From Antedon mediterranea (Eukaryota; Animalia; Echinodermata), in NCBI RefSeq assembly GCF_964355755.1, contig NC_092673.1, positions 27,091,648 to 27,155,647 of the forward strand: a DNA stretch of 64,000 nt. The letters are read 5' to 3'. How positions within the stretch are numbered: the stretch's first letter is position 1; the number at the start of each line of letters is the position of its first letter. The position numbers were made by a program, and so were the translations under genes. Below are positions 26,901 through 39,721 of the stretch, piece after piece. Below the pieces are notes generated by a model. The model did not search any database and was not told where the DNA came from. It was given only the letters and a program-made list of their open reading frames with translations.

Positions 26901-28126
26901 AATTAACATGCGCAGAACCCATTGTTCGTCTCTGCGCATGTTTATTATGCTATAGTAACAATTTTTGTCAAATAATAAAAGGGTCGAAAATAAGCAATTT
27001 TTCGAAAATTTTCCTGTACTATAGTACAGGGATTTTTTCAAAAAATTGCCAATTTTCGACCTTTTGATTTTTCGATAAAACTGGTTACTATAGCACAATT
27101 GACATGCGCAGAACTCATTATTCGACACTGCGCATGTTTATTATGCTATAGTAACCATTTATGTCAAAAGTGGTTACTATAGCACAATTGACATGCGCAG
27201 AACACATTATTTGTCTCTGCGCATGTTTATTATGCTATAGTAACCATTTGTGTCAAATAACAAAAGGATCGAAAATCGGCCGTTTTTCGAAAATTTCCCT
27301 GTACAATAGTACAGGGATTTTATTATGCTATAGTAACTATTTGTGTCAAATAATAAAAGGGTCGAAAATCAGCTATTTTTCGAAAATTTTCCTGTACTAT
27401 AGTACAGGGATTTTTTCAAAAAATGGCCGATTTTCGATCTTTTTATTTTTCGATAAAACTGGTTACTATAGCACAATTGACATGCGCAGATCCCATTATT
27501 CGACACTGCGCATGTTTATTATGCTATAGTAACTATTTATGTCAAAAGTGGTTACTATAGCACAATTGACATGCGCAGAACCCATTATTCGTCTCTGCGC
27601 ATGTTTATTATGCTATAGTAACAATTTGTGTCAAATAATAAAAGGGTCGAAAATCAGTTATTTTTCGAAAATTTTCCTGTACTTTATAGTACAGGGATTT
27701 TTTCAAAAAATTGCCAACTTTCGACCTTTTTATTTTTCGATAAAACTGGTTACTATAGCACAATTGACATGCGCAGAGCGCATTAATCGACACTGGGCAT
27801 GTTTATTATGCTATAGTAACCATTTATGTCAAAAGTTGTTACTATAGCACAATTGACATGCGCAGAACCCATTATTCGTCTCTGCGCATGTTTATTATGC
27901 TATAGTAACCATTTGTGTCAAATAACAAAAGGGTCGAAAATCGGCCGTTTTTCGAAAATTTTCCTGTACAATAGTACAGGGATTTTTTTCAAAAAATGGC
28001 CGATTTTCGACCTTTTTATTTTTCGATAAAACTTGTTACTATAGCACAATTGGCATGCGCAGAACCCATTATTCGACTCTGTGCATGTTTATTATGCTAT
28101 AGTAACCATTTATGTCAAAAGTAGTA
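17940..28126. repeat. ~10.2-kb satellite of ~285-bp units made of palindromic modules, with higher-order repeats
   Basis: Module A is a 74-bp hairpin (GGTTACTATAGCA..ACATGCGCAGA-loop-TCTGCGCATGT..TGCTATAGTAACC), usually present twice. Module B is a ~120-bp hairpin centred on CCCTGTACTATAGTACAGGG. Identical ORF-track entries recur at offsets of 1412 and 2282 bp. Confidence 0.98.
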
Positions 28127-28195
28127 GCGTACCTTCACTTTGCTTATTATTATTATTTTTAACTTTTTTATTCTTTCTGGTGGATCCAGGCTTAA

Positions 28196-28789
28196 AGCTC
28201 AGGTAGAGGCATGAATTTTAAATATAATATTTGGTTAATTGTACATAAATCAAATATTTGTAACAGAAATCAAGACGAAAAAACATCAATTTACCGTAAT
28301 ATGGTCAAATACAAAATTTGGCAAAATTCTTCCATAAAAACAAGGATAATTTTTTTTCAGTAGTTAGGTAGTTAACCTAATGTAATAACATGTCTGGTGA
28401 CTCCCTAGATGGTGAAAAAAGATGGTGGATATACAGTGGATAATTTTTGCTATAGCATGAAAATAAAAATCTGAAGTTGAATAAAAATATCAGAAATGTA
28501 ATATTTAAGTTATATTACCTATATTTAGTCATCTGATAACATTTTTTACCACACCGTTTATTTTTCATAGCTTTTTAAAATGCCTCTCTATTTACAAAAT
28601 TTGTGTACAAAAGAATATAGATTTTACTGTGTAATTTGAACTATCCCCCCACTGATAAGAAAGTGCATATTTTCAACAAGCTCGTGTAACACAAATAAAA
28701 TCCAAAAAATTATGAAATATAGGGGAAACTATAGATCGATAATTATTGGAATGTATGATCAATAGAAATTTTTTGCCCGCACCTGGCCT
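28196..28789. mobile_element. Degenerate Kolobok-like MITE
   Basis: TTAA|AGCTCAGGTAGAGGCA...TGCCCGCACCTGGCCT|TTAA: imperfect TIRs with TTAA on both sides. Confidence 0.5.
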
Positions 28790-28924
28790 TTAAAGCCCCT
28801 TGGGGTTTAAATGGTATTCTCCAGGCATAATGCAACTATTATTTACTTAATTTCCAACCACTTGTATCTTTTATATTTTGTATATGTTTGCATTATGTGA
28901 ATAAATTTGAACTTGAACTTGAAC

Positions 28925-29095
28925 TAGTTACTATAGCACAATTGACATGCGCAGAACCCATTATTCGTCTCTGCGCATGTTTATTATGCTATAGTAACCA
29001 TTTGTGTCAAATAATAAAAGGGTCGAAAATTGGCCATATTTCGAAAATTTCCCTGTACTAATAAGGATTTTTTCAAAAAATTGCCAATTTTCGAC
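28925..29095. repeat. Solo copy of the satellite A module plus a partial B module
   Basis: Same sequence as the array units, ~800 bp beyond the array end. Confidence 0.9.
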
Positions 29096-29125
29096 GGCAA
29101 AATATCGAGCTGGATATCTGATTTA

Positions 29126-29219
29126 AACAAGGCCATATACATGGCTGCAGTTGCATGCACACATTTACCAACCGACGGAGATAGTGATCTGTAGAGTCGC
29201 GTTTGCACGCGACTAAAAA
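29126..29219 (+). mobile_element. Short Helentron/DINE-like element
   Basis: AACAAGGCCATATAC... ends in the 3' hairpin AGTCGCG-TTTGCA-CGCGACT followed by AAAAA. Confidence 0.55.
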
Positions 29220-29709
29220 TGCTGATGCTACATAAAAAGAAACTATGAAATGACTAGAGACAAGGTTTTTGATGTGTTCTTATATTTTGTACACTATACA
29301 GAAAATCTTTAGTTAAAGCATCTTCTATAAATTCATGCCTTAACAAGGCAATGACTAACAAGGTTTGAGGGAAAATAAACGGGCCAGTGTAATGATTAGG
29401 AGGTCAATAATATACAAATATTGACTGAATTGGGGGGGGGGGGGGAGAGCGGTTCAAAATATAACCCAATGTATTCTTTACATTTTAACTGAACTTACTA
29501 AATCCTCTCTAAGTCGGCTAAAACAAAGTACAGATATGCCCAGTTTAACTGGTTTTTAGTTGCTATGGCAATAACTATAGACCGACGATTAACCAATCAG
29601 ATGCCAGGTATTTATTTAAAGGTGCCGGTACACTATAAGTTAGATTGTATAATAATTACAACAATGTATTAAGAAAAAAATGTTTTTTTGCAGACTTTAT
29701 AAGATTCAA

Positions 29710-30360
29710 AATCATTGTGATGTGCTTGCTTACTAGTGCCAATGTTTAGGTTCAAATCCTGAGGTACAATAAATTCTCTTTTTTATTTTAGATTTTCTAA
29801 CTTACTATTTTACACTACAATATATATATATATATAATATATATATATATATACTACATATATAAAAATCACAGGCACAGAACAAGAGAAATTCTAAACC
29901 GCACGGCGACATACTGTTTTTGTTTTGTTTTTATATATTTAGGCAAATTGCCAAGGATAACCATAAGCGAATTCAATCACTATCCTTCTTAAGGGTAGCA
30001 ATCCTGTTCACAATACAAACTCTACATAAACAAAGTCTTATTACAAGTCTTTGGGAGTGGAGTTATAAATTGACAGGACTTGAACCCAGGACCCTTGGAT
30101 TGGTAGCCAAGCCTCATCATAACCACCAAACCAGAACTCCACTCCGAAAATGTATTTGAAATGATAAAGATTAGGAAATCTGGGAGAATGAGAAAAAGCT
30201 GATTTGAACCTCGAACCTTTTGCTTGATATGAAGATTATTGCGTTTGTTATTGTTAAAAATGGCAAAGATAAGGTGGAAAAAAGAAAAAAGTCCCAATCA
30301 TGAACCCAAACCTTAACATGTTTGATATGCAGACATCCTACAACTTGACCACTGGGTTTT
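29710..30360. mobile_element. Cluster of degenerate tRNA-derived SINE heads
   Basis: B-box-like GGTTCAAATCC on + (~29750). On -, GGGTCCTGGGTTCAAGTCC (~30075-30095) with an A-box-like TGGTTTGGTGG upstream, and further relics near 30200 and 30300. No intact cloverleaf. Confidence 0.45.
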
Positions 30361-30794
30361 CTGTGGTATGAAAATGGTACAGCGAGACAGCACTAGTTTG
30401 CAATTGTACGCACCATGCAAGACAGATCAAACATTTTTTTTTTAAACTCTCTAAAATATCGACAACACAAATAATCATCATATCTATTCACCTAACACAA
30501 ATATAATTCACAAATATGGCACCAATTTGAAAGAGAAACATTAAATAATATATGCTATTTAAACAAGATATACTATTAAAACCTATATTACTAATTATAT
30601 TACTATTCATTTCAGACAAAAATTATTTTAAAATTATGCAAATTTACAAAAACAAAACGAGGAGTATAAATGGCACAGTGCCATCTATTGTATAGGGCTT
30701 AGTTGCCATCGACACATTTGTATTTCTGCAGAAAATATTTGGAATCATGGACAGGCTAAGAAAAAGGGTCAAAGGTTTTTTTAGCCCCATCTAA

Positions 30795-31094
30795 AGCGTG
30801 GTTCCCACTAGCACACAACGCAACCTACGCAACATAAGTAAATTCCCTTCCAATAATTGTGTTTGCCCTCGCCTATGTGTGAAATCAAACCTGCTTCTTG
30901 CACTTCAAACCCACATACTTTTGAGTATGTGCTGTACTATGTTTTCCAGTCTTCTTTTGCATTGCATTGTTGCATGAAATCAAATTGATTTGATGTTTGC
31001 AGCACTGTTGCGTCGTCGGTTCCCACTTGTGATTATGCAATACAGCACTTTGCATCGATACCTCGCTGCATTGTGTTCTAGTGAGAACCACGCT
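30795..31094. mobile_element. Harbinger-like MITE just 3' of the FBXW5 stop codon
   Basis: TAA|AGCGTGGTTCCCACTAG...CTAGTGAGAACCACGCT|TAA: 17-bp TIRs with one mismatch and a 3-bp TAA TSD. Confidence 0.8.
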
Positions 31095-31156
31095 TAAAAT
31101 AAGACAATTTGGTTATATGACATTACAGGAAGATAAGGTAATATAGTACAAACAAT

Positions 31157-34100
31157 TTACAACTTAAGCGTTTGCCGATCATACTTGCTTCTTGAAGTCC
31201 ACATTTTAATGGTGTTATCATCGCTGACCGTAACAAGCATCTCAGGGTCAAGTGGATTGAATGCTACCGAGTTGACAACATCGTTGTGTGACAGACGTGT
31301 CAAAAGTACACCATAATGCGTGTCCCAAATGTATGCATGTTTGTCTTCCGCCCCACTGAAAATAGAGAAAAAACTAATATTATTGGTTTCTAAAATAGAA
31401 ATTCATTCATAAAACTTCAAGAACAATATATCAAAATAGCAAAAATGCTAGAGGCTAATGCCTTGGCCATGAAACTGTGAACTGATTTTTTATTTGGACC
31501 AAAGAATTTGCGATTAGTAAATAATGTTTAGTGAAACAACTATTTTTATATATTAATGTTACCTAGCAACATACTGGTCACTGACATCAAGATAAATAAA
31601 ATTGAACTCATCATTCGGTGAGTATGCCTTGTGTCCATGGAAACGCTTCACCTCAGTCATGTCATAAAGGTCAAACATTCGGATTTCAATCTCTTGGGCA
31701 ATTGGTGGCAGTGCTAACGGGTCTGAGATGCGGTATTCTGGTGGCCAACAACGACAGTTCACAAATAAAAACCTGATGGATATAAAAGATCACACAGTGC
31801 AGTAATGAATAAATAAGCATTTTACAACAGATGATATGATTATATGATATGATTATATATGATATGACAATGATAGGATGATATGATATGACAATGATAA
31901 TATGATGATGATACGATAAGACAATGATAATATGATGATTATATGATATGACAATGATGATATGATATGACAATGATGATTATATGATATGATATGACAA
32001 TTATATGATGATGATATGATATGACAATTACATGATGATTATATGATGACAATGATGATTATATGATAAGACAATGATGATTATCTGATATGAAATTGAT
32101 GATTATATGATATGACAATAATGATATGATGATGATATGACAATGATGATTATATGATATGACAATGATATGATGATGATATGACATTGATGATATGATA
32201 TGATAAGACAATGTTGATAAGACAATGTTGATATCACAATGATGATATGATATCACAATGATATGATGATAATATGATATGACAATGATAATATGATGAT
32301 TATATGACAATGATGATATGATTATGACTATGATAATGATATGATAAGACAATGATATGATGATGATATGACAATGATGATTATATGATACATATGACAA
32401 TGATGATACTGTACAAATTCAATTCAAATCAATACTTAAAAAACTGTGTATATTGAATTGTTGTTATCACCTTTGATCTGGCGAGAGAGCCATGCCAATA
32501 GCATGTCCATTCAACTCAATAACATGATCAACTTTATCAAAGTCAATTCCTTGTTCATCACCCAACTCAGCAGCGGCGGCGTCGTCCTGTCGGGGTAAAT
32601 GGAAGACACCATTTCCCAGAGGGCCTTTTAATGTATTGCACATTTCTTTTCTGATTTTCTTGATCCCAATTTGATGTGGAGTGTAAGCTTTAGAACCCAT
32701 TGTGAAGATTAAATGCTTGATTTCTTTCGACGAGCTCCGTTTGCTCCGCCGTTTGTTCCGTAAATGTATTGCGACTTCGTGAGAATCTGAAAAACTACTG
32801 CTTGATAGGTAGTTCTCATCGTTAATGTTCTTTGAGGTCATGATATTACGTGACCTGTCCGATTCCAAATTGAGTAACCTCCGTTCTGAGTACTGTATTG
32901 AAGGCTCATCATCTAAGCTATCTGTACTACCAAATGTAAATTTTTTACCCCAAGCTCTGATAACATCACTGGCACTTGCGCTATCCGTTGCAAACGTCCT
33001 ACAGCCCAGGTCCGCGTCTGGACTGGACAGCATAGTGTCTGTCGAACTACAAACTGACGCTGGACATTCTATGGATGGTGCTTCGCGGAAGGCTTGTCGC
33101 GATGTTGATGGGCAATCATGGGAATCTCGTTCATCTCCATTACGCGGCCACTGTGGGTTCACAAACTCTGACGGACTTTCTATTCTTGGAGATCGTATTG
33201 CTGGTGATCTTCTCGACTGGGAACCAGAAGGACTAGCTTGGGATTCTTCCATGCCAACCTCTGGATCAACACCATCAATTAAGATCTTTAGGATGTCATA
33301 ATCAAGATGTCCACCTCTTCGCATCTCTGCTTCTCTGACACGCATCCAGAGTCGTTGATAGCAACTGTCTGGATCAAGTTTCGCTGCTGGAGACACACCA
33401 ACAGTGTACATTCCTTTCAAAGTTGTGCGCTGACTCTTTCTCGTAAGGTCTGGTGGAGTACTACTTACATAGCTGACATCACGTTTCAGTGAAGAACTCT
33501 TTGGAACGACTCCCGTTTGCGGCATGTTTTGAATCGGTATTCTTGGTGACACTGATCTCTTAGGTTCGATCTCTCCAGTTGAAAGAGCAGGACTCAGTGG
33601 TGCTTTGAAGCAAGGTTCACTTTCACTGTGATGAAGAATTCCTGTCTCAAACGACTGGTTAATATCTCCTTCACTACATGTTCTCTTTCCATTATGATGT
33701 GCACTATTATTGATCTCTCCCGTTCCCTCAAGATCACTCTCCCAAGCACTGATCCTGTTCTCAATCTCACTTTCGCTAGAGCTATGGAAAAAGTCACTAG
33801 AACTTGGTACACCAGTACTTTCGGCTGTCATCTCCTTCGCGTCATCGACTGCGATACCTCTTCCGAGAGCGCTACAGTTTGCGACCATAATGTTGCGGAT
33901 GGTACTGGCATTAATGTTGAGGAACTTAAAGATACGCATGACTACAGATTCTTGCTCCGAGTCGACCTCTTGCATTGCTTTGTTTAGCCAGAGGGCTGAG
34001 CATGATGATAGATTTCCCAGGTAGTGCAAGTTACCAGACAGTAAGTATGAATTATTCAACCAACATCCAAAAATGTCATAGGGTTTGTTTAACACACGAG

Positions 34101-37100
34101 CCTGAAGATAGAATTCCTCTGAAAAAAAATAACAATAAATAACCAATCAATGTCTTTAATATTGTATTGTATTATTTATTATATCTCTATCTTGAAAATC
34201 ATATTAACGATTTAAACTTTGTAATTTAAACAGTTATCATGATTAACCTTGGTTCCCACTAGATTACATAGTAAGGAACAACTCAAATAATTTAGCCAAT
34301 TACATGCGATTATTATTATTTTTTTTAATTTGGGGTAGTAACTGATCCTTCACAAAACAGATTGGTTTGTAACCATGCGTTTGCTATGCTCCATTGGGTT
34401 TGAATTGCAACATGCTATGTCTCCAAAAAAGAAATAATATTGAGTATAAACGAGAGATTTTGAGAGGCTGCTGATATGCTATGTATAAAATGAACTATTA
34501 TTATAATATACATCAAACATTATAACAAACAAACTACAGCATTATAGATGATCTGTTGATCCTTTAGTGCTTGATTACCTCCCCTAATGACAATGTACAG
34601 AAAGTGACAATGTACAGAAAGTGACAATGTACAGAAGGTGGCAATGTATAAAAGCCATTAAAAGCTTATTTCCGCTAAAAGAATTCACGAGCTAGGACAA
34701 GTTAATCTTCCGTGGGGACGTTCAATTGTAATCCATGTGTTTTGTTCTGCTAATAGTTCATGGTTATGTTAAACGGGTTTGCTGTATACAAGTTAGTTTG
34801 ATAACATCACATAATTATTATACAAAATTAATCTAAAGGCAAATGATGTGGGTCTCAGTGGCTGAAGATAAACATATTAAAATATAAAGCAAAACACATT
34901 ATTCCTTTGTTAGGGATAATGAGAGTATTTGGAGAAGAATATAAAGCAGCTTATAAGCGGTTTGGAATATCACTTGTGTATTTTCCTTGGGAATTCTCAC
35001 ATGATTAGAGAGCCTTGGCAGCTATAACTACCAATTTCAATCCTCTAGCTAAAAGCTTTCTTTTTCCAACATACTTTTTATTAATATTAATTTAACCATT
35101 TTTTCTATGATAGCGTGCACGCATGATGGGAAGGGTTTGCGAGCAAATGTCACAACATGTACGTACATGATTTGTGACGTTTCCTCTCAAACCCTTCAAA
35201 TGGATTGCACAATGACGTTACTTGCGAAATCAAGCTATTTGCTATAAACCTTTGTATATCCAAAATGTCTGCAAGCTTACACACACGACATAAGAATTAA
35301 ATAATATTGTTTAAAGTTAATTTTAAATTCTAGATATGCCTAAAGTCTGGTGCACACTATAGCTATCGACTGAGCCAACTGGGACAAGTAACACTTTGCT
35401 CAAAGTATGCGCCGGAGAATTTGTGAGGAATCGGCCATGCGTTCCGCTGAGGAAAATATCTATCGTGTTTACTCTTTTTTGGTACGCGTGTCATTTTCCT
35501 CAAGTGTGCGCCGAACATGAGCTAATAGCTCACTAAAAAATGACATGTTCTAATTTATTATAATATGTCAGCGCGAGCCATATATCTAATCAGAAAAACC
35601 CGTTTAGTGTGCGTCCGATCAAAGTTTGCGGCAAATTTTTGATTAAGCAAAGCATTACTCATGCCAGTTGGCTCAGTCAAAACCTTCTGGATTCCCGCTC
35701 TATATATTGATCTTGTTTACATTCAAGATATTCCGAATTCTCATTTGTTCGTTTGTGAATTCCGAATGAAGTTCATGAATATACATTAGTAAATGTACTG
35801 GATCCCACGGGAAAGATGAATCTAGCAACATTAATGCATGCTTTTAAAAATCCTGTTAAAAAGATATTTTCTGGCACATTTGCTTAATGTATTGTAAAGA
35901 TAGGATTACTACACATTAATGTTTTATGCACATATAGAGTCAAATTTGCTATGTTCTTTTATGGTGAAAATGTTGAATATAACAATGCTCTTTGTGTACA
36001 GGTACATGGTCATGGATGCTGGACTTTTTAGTAGTTGTTTTTTCATTCAGAGACATTTTTTGTTTGTTCTCCTATTGCACATTTTAATATAATAATTTAG
36101 GCTTATAAATATATAGTGCTTTATACGAACGCCTCAATGTACTTTACAATAAAGACGGCATACAAAATAAACCGTTGAAATTTATATTAAAAGCTGCTTA
36201 GCCGATATAAAAATAACTGATAATTGATTGATAAACAGGCATTGTGGATACAATTCTCAAATAAATAAATAAATAATAAATTCATGTCGTCATGTAAAAC
36301 CTGTTTTGCGATGACTAAACATCCAAATATTTTGTTGAACTATTTATTTCAAAAACTACGTATTATTATTGTTGAATATTATTCATTTCATATGTTTTAA
36401 AAATAAAATTGTTTAATTGATAGTTTTTGTAGTTAATCCAGTTAAAACTGCTCGACAGTAATTATGAAAAAATGAGTCATAGAAGAATCTGTTGCATTTG
36501 GACTGACGCCAACTATAATGAACATTAGATATGACATGTCACCTTGACTTAATAAAGCCGCATCAAACCCACCCATTTGCCGGCCCGAGTATGTCTGTCT
36601 GTCTGTAGGTCTGTTGTCTAAATATGTTATTCATTTTGTAGGAATTGACTGTAAGGAACGAATCAATGGTTTAGCATTTTGACATAGTTATGCTATGTTT
36701 TTACTATGTGACTATGAAATCATACATAACGGCAATTTTTGTATCATTACTAGTTAAATCGGTGTACTAATCAAATTATGATCCTAGCACAGCTTATTTA
36801 GAAGGTATGGTTAGTTTGTTGTGAGCATGTGCAGGTCATGGTCAATTAACAGGCAATATTTTCAGTGCAGCATAGCCAAATGAAAACACACTGATTTAGT
36901 TCATTTTGGTTGAGCCTGGTGTCTTCAAATTTCATTTTTTTCCTATTCAGTGTTACTGTTAGTTATAAATAATGAAATGAATTTCTTAAATTGTGTAGCC
37001 AAAGATGAAATACAAAACTAGCAGGGCACTCAGAGAATGTAAACCTCCACCAGGCATATACAAAAGGAATCACATGTTAACATACAGGATGAAACCATCC

Positions 37101-38421
37101 TTAAAATCTTATGAAAATAGGTTAATAACTTTTTGAGAAATCCTGCTAACTTTAGAAAGAACACACACACCCAACTGACCGGAAGTAACTATGTTTTCTA
37201 ACATCAAATTCAGATTTATCTGCAGTTATTGTTAAGTTAATCAAAATTGTTTAATGATTTTGTTTGATTGCAATTCCATATTAATCAGTTAAATGTCTAC
37301 CTTTGATATTGAAGACTGCTATTTCGCCAGATGTACTGTTAGGTCCAAAGTGAACACCTGATACCAGTAGAAGTGTGTCTGTAGCATTGAATTGTGAGAA
37401 CTGAGTGTACTGCCACCTAAATAGTTCCTTCATGCTCTGACTGTAGCGGATCGATGCTGGAGGACCGGTCTTCCAAACCTGCAGTGTCAAATATTTTTTT
37501 ACAAAATAAAAGAGTTTATTGTGATATAGTTACATTGGTTGACAATATAAAAACATACCATACTATTAGGAAACCTCCCAGGGTAAAGTTTGCACTGTAT
37601 ATCACCAAGTACTCCCTCCATGCTCTAGAGTGCAATCTCTCCCAAAATTTAGACTGAATATGTACCCATATGACTGCTCAATTCCTAATGTAATCCACTC
37701 GCTAATTTTTGCCAGATTACATATCCAGACCCTTAGCACTACTCGGTCATATATGGTAAAAGTTATACCTTCACAACCCGAAACTAACAAAGGAGTCTCC
37801 CAAAAAATACATAATTTAAAAAAAAAACAATTGAAATATATTATATTAAATTAAAAAGCAAATTCAATATATGTTATCAAACTATTTTGAAAATTACCTT
37901 CATCAACTCTCCCAATACTTGAGGTAAAATGGGTCCCAAATTTATTAATTAAAAACACCAAACTTTCCAGAAAACCAGACATATTAGGTCAGCCCAAAGA
38001 TGTCCGTTATTGGGAGAGTTGACTGTACTCTAAAAATTGTACATAAACTTTTTCTTTATATTACCTTTATGGTACCATCTTTTGAACAAGAGGAGAACAT
38101 TTTGCCATTGTGTGAGAAACTGACGTGCAGCACTTGATCCGTGTGTTCCCGTAGCACCTGACATTGCACCTTAGGTGTGTGATACGCAAGCCGCTTGAAT
38201 TCACGACGATATGATTGCTGGTTTTTGGGCAGCTTTATAGATGTGTCTATCTTCCATTCGCGATATAGCAGTTGTTTCCATAGTAACTCGTCGTGGCTGA
38301 TCCGTAGCCATGATTTGCAAGTGAGGGCGCATCGTTGGAGCTCCTTGGACGAGAGGAAACTGAAGATGTGTAGGATGAGGCTATCTGGCAGACACAGCCA
38401 GATGCCGTGTTTGCTAGCCAT
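31157..38421 (-). CDS. FBXW5: F-box/WD repeat-containing protein 5, 5 coding exons, 863 aa
   Basis: Exons 38421-38065, 37478-37301, 34118-32471, 31772-31563, 31355-31157 with consistent phases. F-box LPDSLILHIFSFL...ELLWK; WD40 HTDQVLHVSFSHNG; FBXW5-type motifs YTQFSQFNATDTLLLVSGV, NKPYDIFGCWL, PHQIGIK, GHKAYSPNDE, VASGAEDKHAYIWD, HNDVVNSVAFNP. Confidence 0.95.
31830..32410. repeat. (ATG)n/(GATAT)n low-complexity microsatellite in an FBXW5 intron
   Basis: Directly visible; it produces the His/Ile-rich spurious ORFs. Confidence 0.95.
35344..35680. mobile_element. Degenerate inverted-repeat MITE in an FBXW5 intron
   Basis: GACTGAGCCAACTGG..AGTAACACTTTGCT (~35368-35400) is inverted relative to AGCAAAGCATTACT..CCAGTTGGCTCAGTC (~35646-35678). 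Confidence 0.55.
37015..37200 (+). mobile_element. Helentron/HINE-like interspersed repeat remnant
   Basis: AACTAG...GCACTCAGAGAATGTAAACCTCCACCAGGC head, TTTTGAGAAATCCTGCTAAC and an (AC)n tract; architecture recalled from DINE-like elements. Confidence 0.35.
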
Positions 38422-39461
38422 TCTGTAAAAAAAAATAAAAAAATCAACATATAATAAAAGTCACAATCATTCTCTGTTTTGCTTCGAATTGAAAAATAAT
38501 TAACGTGTTATAAAAATTAATTAATCCTTACTGTACTTTTGTATAACCAATCCTTTGGACACCTGTATTAAGTGGTTAAAATGAACAAAGGGCAATATTT
38601 ATTGTAGTATACCAATCCCTATTTAGGGGACACCCCAATTAAGGGGACACTTAGTCTTTGTTGGGTCCTGAAAAGGTGTCCCCTTAACAGAGGTTCTAAT
38701 GTATTATGCAAGAACTAGATAAAGCTGTATTCGTGCAATCTCAGAACACTTAAATTACACATTGCATAGCCTACTAAATATCAGTATCCTAGCCAATAGT
38801 AAATTGAATAAATATTATTTGTTCGCAATGATAAGTATTGACATTTTGGTAACCAGCATTTCCTTTAAAAGCCAAAGATGGTCACGCAGGTTAGGCCCTG
38901 ACGTATGCCAACAGGTTTAAGAGCGAAAGATAAAAGCAGGCCTACAAATGAGGTCTGAAGGTCGTCGGCCTATAGTATCATACCCAAGTTCATCACTAAT
39001 TTATTTAAAAAAACATTTTACTGTAAATTCAAGGTATTGCAACTGGTTTTGGCTGGATTCCCTCTTTTCCTACTAATTCAATCAAACTGTATTAAGATGA
39101 ATTACTGTAGATAATAATATATAAGATAATTCGTAGTAGTAGTAGTCGGCTGAAAAGACAAATTTATTTTTAATGTAAAGTCCCTGTGTAAGCTTTGCAA
39201 GTTCAAAAAGCTACGGTATTTTAAAACTATTTTTTGGCAATTTTTTTACATACAAATTTTAAATGTAATGCAATGTTCAATATATTTGGAAGTAATAATT
39301 ATGTACATATTTTCATCTGATTCCGACATATGGCATTGCATGCACAGTATCATAGGCAAGTTCTATAATACAGTTATCATATGTATCAAACTTGTAATAT
39401 CAAATCAAATGGTACAGTAAGCAGTGATATAAAACATATAAAGCACTGACTTATAAGTTAA

Positions 39462-39721
39462 AGATGTATTGTCCCTCAAAATCGTGAAAAATAAAGATTT
39501 ATAAAATCAGACTTGTAATAACCCATTTTCAAGTTTTAATGAAGTTATTCACTTCCTAGAAAGAAAAAAAATAATAATAATTTCACAAACGAAGCAGTTA
39601 TACTTAACCAAAAACCCATTGACAGCTTGTTTTATCTATCCAATTTTTGGTCAAAGTGATTAACTATTATGTGACATTAAAATGGCATATTAAAAAAAAA
39701 ATTATTTTTTCAGGGGGACAA
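39462..39721. mobile_element. MITE family B copy
   Basis: TTAA|AGATGTATTGTCCC...GGGGGACAA. The interior is shared with ~17225-17520 and 47956-48184. Confidence 0.7.

Noticed and set aside
17940-28126. CRISPR-like appearance and dozens of short ORFs
   Set aside because: The segments between hairpins are repeated rather than unique spacers, there are no cas genes and the context is eukaryotic. The ORFs are repeat artefacts.
31686-32400. His/Ile-rich ORFs
   Set aside because: They are translations of an (ATG)n-type microsatellite in an intron.
32825-34024. Plus-strand ORFs of 61-158 aa
   Set aside because: They are antisense shadows of the large FBXW5 exon.
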